DNA from: Citrobacter phage Shae_phiSM
DNA length: 36,753 nucleotides
Reading direction: 5' to 3' (one strand)
Sequence record: OR565851
Shown: positions 35,139 to 36,753 of the stretch, piece after piece
Layout of the letters: each line of letters starts with the position of its first letter
How positions within the stretch are numbered: position 1 is the first letter of the stretch
Translations under genes and position numbers: made by a program
Notes under the pieces: generated by a model
What the model was told of the DNA's origin: nothing
Seen by the model: only the letters and a program-made list of their open reading frames with translations
The model's database searches: none

Positions 35139-35459
35139 ATGATCCATAAATCAAGCCTTGGAGAAAAACTTCGCCTGATTCGAGAGGCAGAGGGATTGTC
35201 ACGTAGAGAGATGGAGGAGGTGACAGGGGTATCTCAATACAATCTCAAAAATTATGAAATATTGGGAAGAATGATACCTGGAGAAACGTTACTCCTGATT
35301 TTGAATCATCCTCGTTTTCGGAAGTATTCGGATTGGGTGATGTTTAATCAAACTAATGCTGCGACGGGGCAGATTGCTCCGCCTCTCTCTCTTGATGGCT
35401 TCTTCGATTCGGAGGGCGATCAGGTTTCAACCGAAACAAACCAAAAATCACCCCGCTAA
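35139..35459 (+). CDS. C: immunity repressor C (HTH)
   Basis: ORF 35121..35459; start placed at ATG 35139 by alignment to P2 C; C-terminal ...GQIAPPLSLDGFFDSE... resembles P2 C; start uncertain. Confidence 0.75.
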   Translation: MIHKSSLGEKLRLIREAEGLSRREMEEVTGVSQYNLKNYEILGRMIPGETLLLILNHPRFRKYSDWVMFNQTNAATGQIAPPLSLDGFFDSEGDQVSTETNQKSPR

Positions 35460-35555
35460 GGCCAGAAAACTGGTTAGACCTGCTCTTTGTCTGGTCTGAT
35501 TATTGCTGGAAAGAGGCTGGAGAAATTGTAGGGCGGTTCATTGGAGGGCTTCGCA

Positions 35556-36560
35556 ATGTCAATTAAGAAGCTCGAAGATGGTCGTTATTTGCTGGACATC
35601 AGGCCGAACGGACGCAAGGGAAAGCGCGTGCGTAAGGTATTTGACAAAAAATCGGTAGCGGTGGCCACTGAACGCTACATCATGGCGAACGCTGAAAAGC
35701 GGGAATATATACAGGGCTACCGTGATCGCCGAACGCTAAATGATTTGCTTGAGTTGTGGTGGATGTATCACGGTCAACACAGGCGTAAGGCGGAAGAAGA
35801 CCGAAAACAACTGTGCAACATAATCAATGAGCTTGGCGCTGATATGCAGGCTGTGGATCTTGATAAGCTGAAAATTATCGCGTGGCGTTCTCAAAAGATA
35901 GCTGCTGGATTGAAACCGTCATCTGCTAACAGGTACATGAACCGACTATCCGGCATGTTTACTGTTCTGAAAAGAATAGGCCTTTGGGATGCAGAACATC
36001 CGGTAAGGGGAATTTCTATTCTTTATGTATCCCCGCGAGAAATGGCTTTCCTGTCCCAGAAGGAAGTAGCGCTATTGCTCGATACACTGGAGGGCGACTA
36101 CTGGCGTGTTGCGCTTTTGTGTTTAAGCACAGGGGCGCGCTGGAGTGAAGCTTGTAAGCTTCGTGGTGAACAGATAGTTCATAACCGTGTAACGTTTCTT
36201 GAAACCAAAAATGGCCGGAAGAGAACGGTGCCAATTTCACAGGCGGTTTGTGAGGCGATCAGAACCAGAGAAACAGGCAACTTGTTTGAGGTGAAGTACC
36301 GGGAATTCTGCCTAGCGCTGAAAAGGGTTAAGCCCGATTTGCCAAAAGGCCAGGCTGCGCATGTGCTGCGGCATACGTTCGCCAGCCATTTTGTGATGAA
36401 CGGAGGAAACATTATTGCGCTTCAGAAGATTCTTGGCCACGCAACCATTCAGCAAACAATGGCATATGCACATTTTGCACCGGATTACCTGCAGGATGCG
36501 GTGGCCCTTAATCCGCTGAAAGGTGGCGTGAGTGTCCACGCAGTGTCCACGGGGGATTAA
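35556..36560 (+). CDS. int: tyrosine integrase (P2 Int family)
   Basis: ORF 35541..36560 trimmed to ATG 35556 (SD GGAGGG); MSIKKLEDGRYLLDIRPNGRKGKR... N-terminus and C-terminal HxxR...Y catalytic-region pattern (...HVLRHTFASHF...GHATIQQTMAYAHF). Confidence 0.9.
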   Translation: MSIKKLEDGRYLLDIRPNGRKGKRVRKVFDKKSVAVATERYIMANAEKREYIQGYRDRRTLNDLLELWWMYHGQHRRKAEEDRKQLCNIINELGADMQAVDLDKLKIIAWRSQKIAAGLKPSSANRYMNRLSGMFTVLKRIGLWDAEHPVRGISILYVSPREMAFLSQKEVALLLDTLEGDYWRVALLCLSTGARWSEACKLRGEQIVHNRVTFLETKNGRKRTVPISQAVCEAIRTRETGNLFEVKYREFCLALKRVKPDLPKGQAAHVLRHTFASHFVMNGGNIIALQKILGHATIQQTMAYAHFAPDYLQDAVALNPLKGGVSVHAVSTGD

Positions 36561-36564
36561 TTTT

Positions 36565-36660
36565 ATATAGCCTGAAACGGCTTAAAGGGTGATACTGAAT
36601 AACAATTTTTCAGTATTGCCCGTCTAAATGGTTATGTTGTTATCTGTATGATTATGAATG
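36565..36660. other. candidate attL region (core not resolved)
   Basis: Lies just past the int 3' end, where P2-type phages keep their att core; ttaaagggtgat loosely resembles the P2 core as I recall it; tgttatctgt at 36638-36647 also occurs at 127-136 in the left-end palindrome. Confidence 0.25.
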
Positions 36661-36753
36661 TTTTTTCAGATTAAACAGCAGTTTGCAAATGGGCGTTTGT
36701 TAATAAAGGAGCCTTAGATTGTCAGAGACTGAAAAAGGGTTAAAAATCCTTGT

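Noticed and set aside
1-36753. CRISPR arrays, rRNA/tRNA genes, IS elements, LexA boxes, Ogr-type TGT-N12-ACA dyads
   Set aside because: I found no regularly spaced repeat-spacer arrays, no convincing tRNA cloverleaf, no transposase ORF or terminal inverted repeats, and could not identify LexA or Ogr motifs confidently by eye; absence is not proven without a computational scan.

Overview
Nearly the whole window is a P2-like temperate myovirus prophage from an enterobacterium, read here by eye without any database search. From right to left it holds int, C repressor and cox (35.0-36.6 kb), an unusually long early operon plus replication gene A (27.7-35.0 kb), packaging and capsid genes P-Q and O-N-M-L (18.8-25.1 kb), a lysis cassette, baseplate genes, tail fibre H with a Gin/Hin-type invertible segment and invertase (9.2-13.7 kb), sheath-tube-tape-measure genes (3.6-9.1 kb), then D and ogr (2.0-3.4 kb). 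The most interesting content lies outside the conserved structural backbone. Between gene A and the packaging genes, where P2 itself carries old/tin, there is a ParM/ParR plasmid-partition module and an AT-rich membrane-protein gene gated by a leader ORF and terminator; this membrane-protein gene is my best candidate for an undescribed defence or exclusion function. At the AT-rich left end there is a hok/gef-like toxin gene too short for the ORF track, and a two-gene operon encoding a zinc-ribbon membrane protein and a secreted Cys-repeat protein. The FI-FII-E-T-U block is inverted relative to canonical P2 gene order. Prophage ends (att sites) and cos could not be placed with confidence.
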